Assembly (NCBI GenBank): GCA_013265495.1
Contig: MU057711.1
Span: 2,306,844-2,370,843 of the forward strand
Reading direction: 5' to 3'
DNA from: Vicugna vicugna
Lineage: Eukaryota
Length of the DNA: 64,000 nt
The stretch's first letter is position 1, and every line of letters starts with the position of its first letter. The notes under the pieces were generated by a model. The model made no database searches. It was not told where the DNA came from and was given only the letters and a program-made list of their open reading frames with translations. Positions 62,822 to 64,000 of the stretch are shown in pieces. The position numbers and the translations under genes are program-made.

Positions 62822-63319
62822 GTACGTGTCCTGGCCCCTGCCTACCTGACCAAGTCCTGTCCCAGTCACCTTCTCCAGGCAGGCTACCCTGACCAGCCTC
62901 TGTCCAGGAGAGCGTATCCATGAGGCCCAGCCCTGACCCTGGGTTTTGTCGTGGCTTGGCTCAGAGTGTTTCTAAGAACCAGAGCATAACAATGATTGAG
63001 TGCCTGTTGTGTACCCACCCTGTAGTGGGGTTGTGGAGTCAGTGGGAGGGAACTCTGAGGTTTAGTGGAAAAGGCCTTGCACTGCAGGCTAGGAGTCTGC
63101 CCTCTGTTTCTTCCTGGGCTGCTGGCCAGCTGGGTAATGCTGTGTGATGCTGGGCCTTCACTTGCCCTCTCTGGGCCTCAGTGGAACCCACTTATCCCTC
63201 CGTTATCCCGCATGAAGCTCTGGGATCCCCACTTGGGTGAATCATCTGCTCCACACCCTGCCTCTGGGAGAGTGGACATGGGTCCCTGGGGTGATACCAT
63301 TGTGGGTGTCTGATTCCAG

Positions 63320-63403
63320 AAGTGCGTCCCCTAAGGGGCGGTCAGAGGATGACTCATATGATGATGAGATGCTGTCAGCCATCGAGGGGCTCAGCTCCAC
63401 GAG
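63320..63403 (+). CDS. ADCY7: ADCY7 coding exon 12 (84 nt)
   Basis: ttccag|(R)SASPKGRSEDDSYDDEMLSAIEGLSST-AG|gtgagg. Confidence 0.95.
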
Positions 63404-63687
63404 GTGAGGCTCTGAGACCTCCGTTTACCCCTGTCCCCCTCAAATATGGACCCCTGTGTGCGCAGGCCTGCCTCGTGCCTCATGCCCAGGTCCAGCTGTG
63501 TCCACGGTGCTGCCTCCTGAGGGCGAGGCCTGGTCCTCCACCCACCGCTCCCCTCTCCCCCCTGAGGGTGGCCCCCACCCAGCCCTTACTCCCCTCCCCG
63601 CTCCCACTCCCCTCCTGAGGCTGGGTCTCCTCCCCGACTCTCCCCGACTCTCCCCACCTCTCACTGTCCGTATCTGGTGCCCCACAG

Positions 63688-63760
63688 GCCCTGCTGCTCC
63701 AAGTCTGATGACTTCTACCCCTTTGGGTCCATCTTCCTAGAGAAGGGCTTTGAGCGAGAG
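63688..63760 (+). CDS. ADCY7: ADCY7 coding exon 13 (73 nt); gene continues beyond window
   Basis: cacag|(R)PCCSKSDDFYPFGSIFLEKGFERE|gtgagg; cumulative CDS 1755 nt. Confidence 0.96.
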
Positions 63761-64000
63761 GTGAGGACCTCTGAGCGGCCCCGGGAATGGAGGATCCAAG
63801 GCCTGAGGTGGGGTGGGGGTCCCAGCTACGGGGCAGCAAACAGCCCTCAGGGAGCGTGCTGCGGGATCGCGCCAGCTGCCATTGGGGTGGGGATGGGGCT
63901 CAGTCCAGCCCCATTTGGGTTCTCTTCCTGTCCGCCTCACCTCTGAACCTGGCGTGTCCCTGTCAGTAGTTCGCCCGTTTGGCTTGGGAGACTTTGCTCC

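Noticed and set aside
63940..64000. Possible acceptor tccctgtcag| near the window end as the next ADCY7 exon
   Set aside because: Immediately followed by an in-frame TAG and does not encode the expected continuation; the next exon lies outside the window.

Overview
This is mammalian genomic DNA, most likely from a camelid, judged by tRNA-derived SINEs resembling Vic-1 and by artiodactyl-type L1/Tigger1 elements. Bases 1 to ~5.46 kb are an AT-rich terminal 3' UTR ending at AATAAA (5433-5438). It is assigned to TENT4B/PAPD5 by synteny only, because no coding sequence for it is in the window. After an intergenic stretch with a solo LTR and old L1 remnants, a CpG island at ~14.5-15.1 kb starts ADCY7 (adenylate cyclase 7) on the + strand. 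I traced 13 consecutive coding exons (ATG at 48149 through 63760; 1755 nt, 585 codons). All have GT-AG boundaries and consistent phases. They cover the M1 transmembrane cluster, the C1a catalytic domain and C1b, and the gene continues past the window end. I see no prokaryotic-type system (no CRISPR, no operon) and no evidence for a wholly new gene. The most unusual items are: (i) a ~165-bp, ~93% identical direct repeat bracketing coding exon 2, with one copy supplying the donor of a candidate in-frame 168-nt cassette exon; (ii) a nested retro-insertion at 38.35-40.7 kb that joins an L1 to a 3'UTR-like segment; (iii) a 5' leader with five upstream ATGs; and (iv) candidate internal immune-type promoter/enhancer modules. 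Repeat family names and comparisons to human ADCY7 are from memory and need RepeatMasker/BLAST confirmation.
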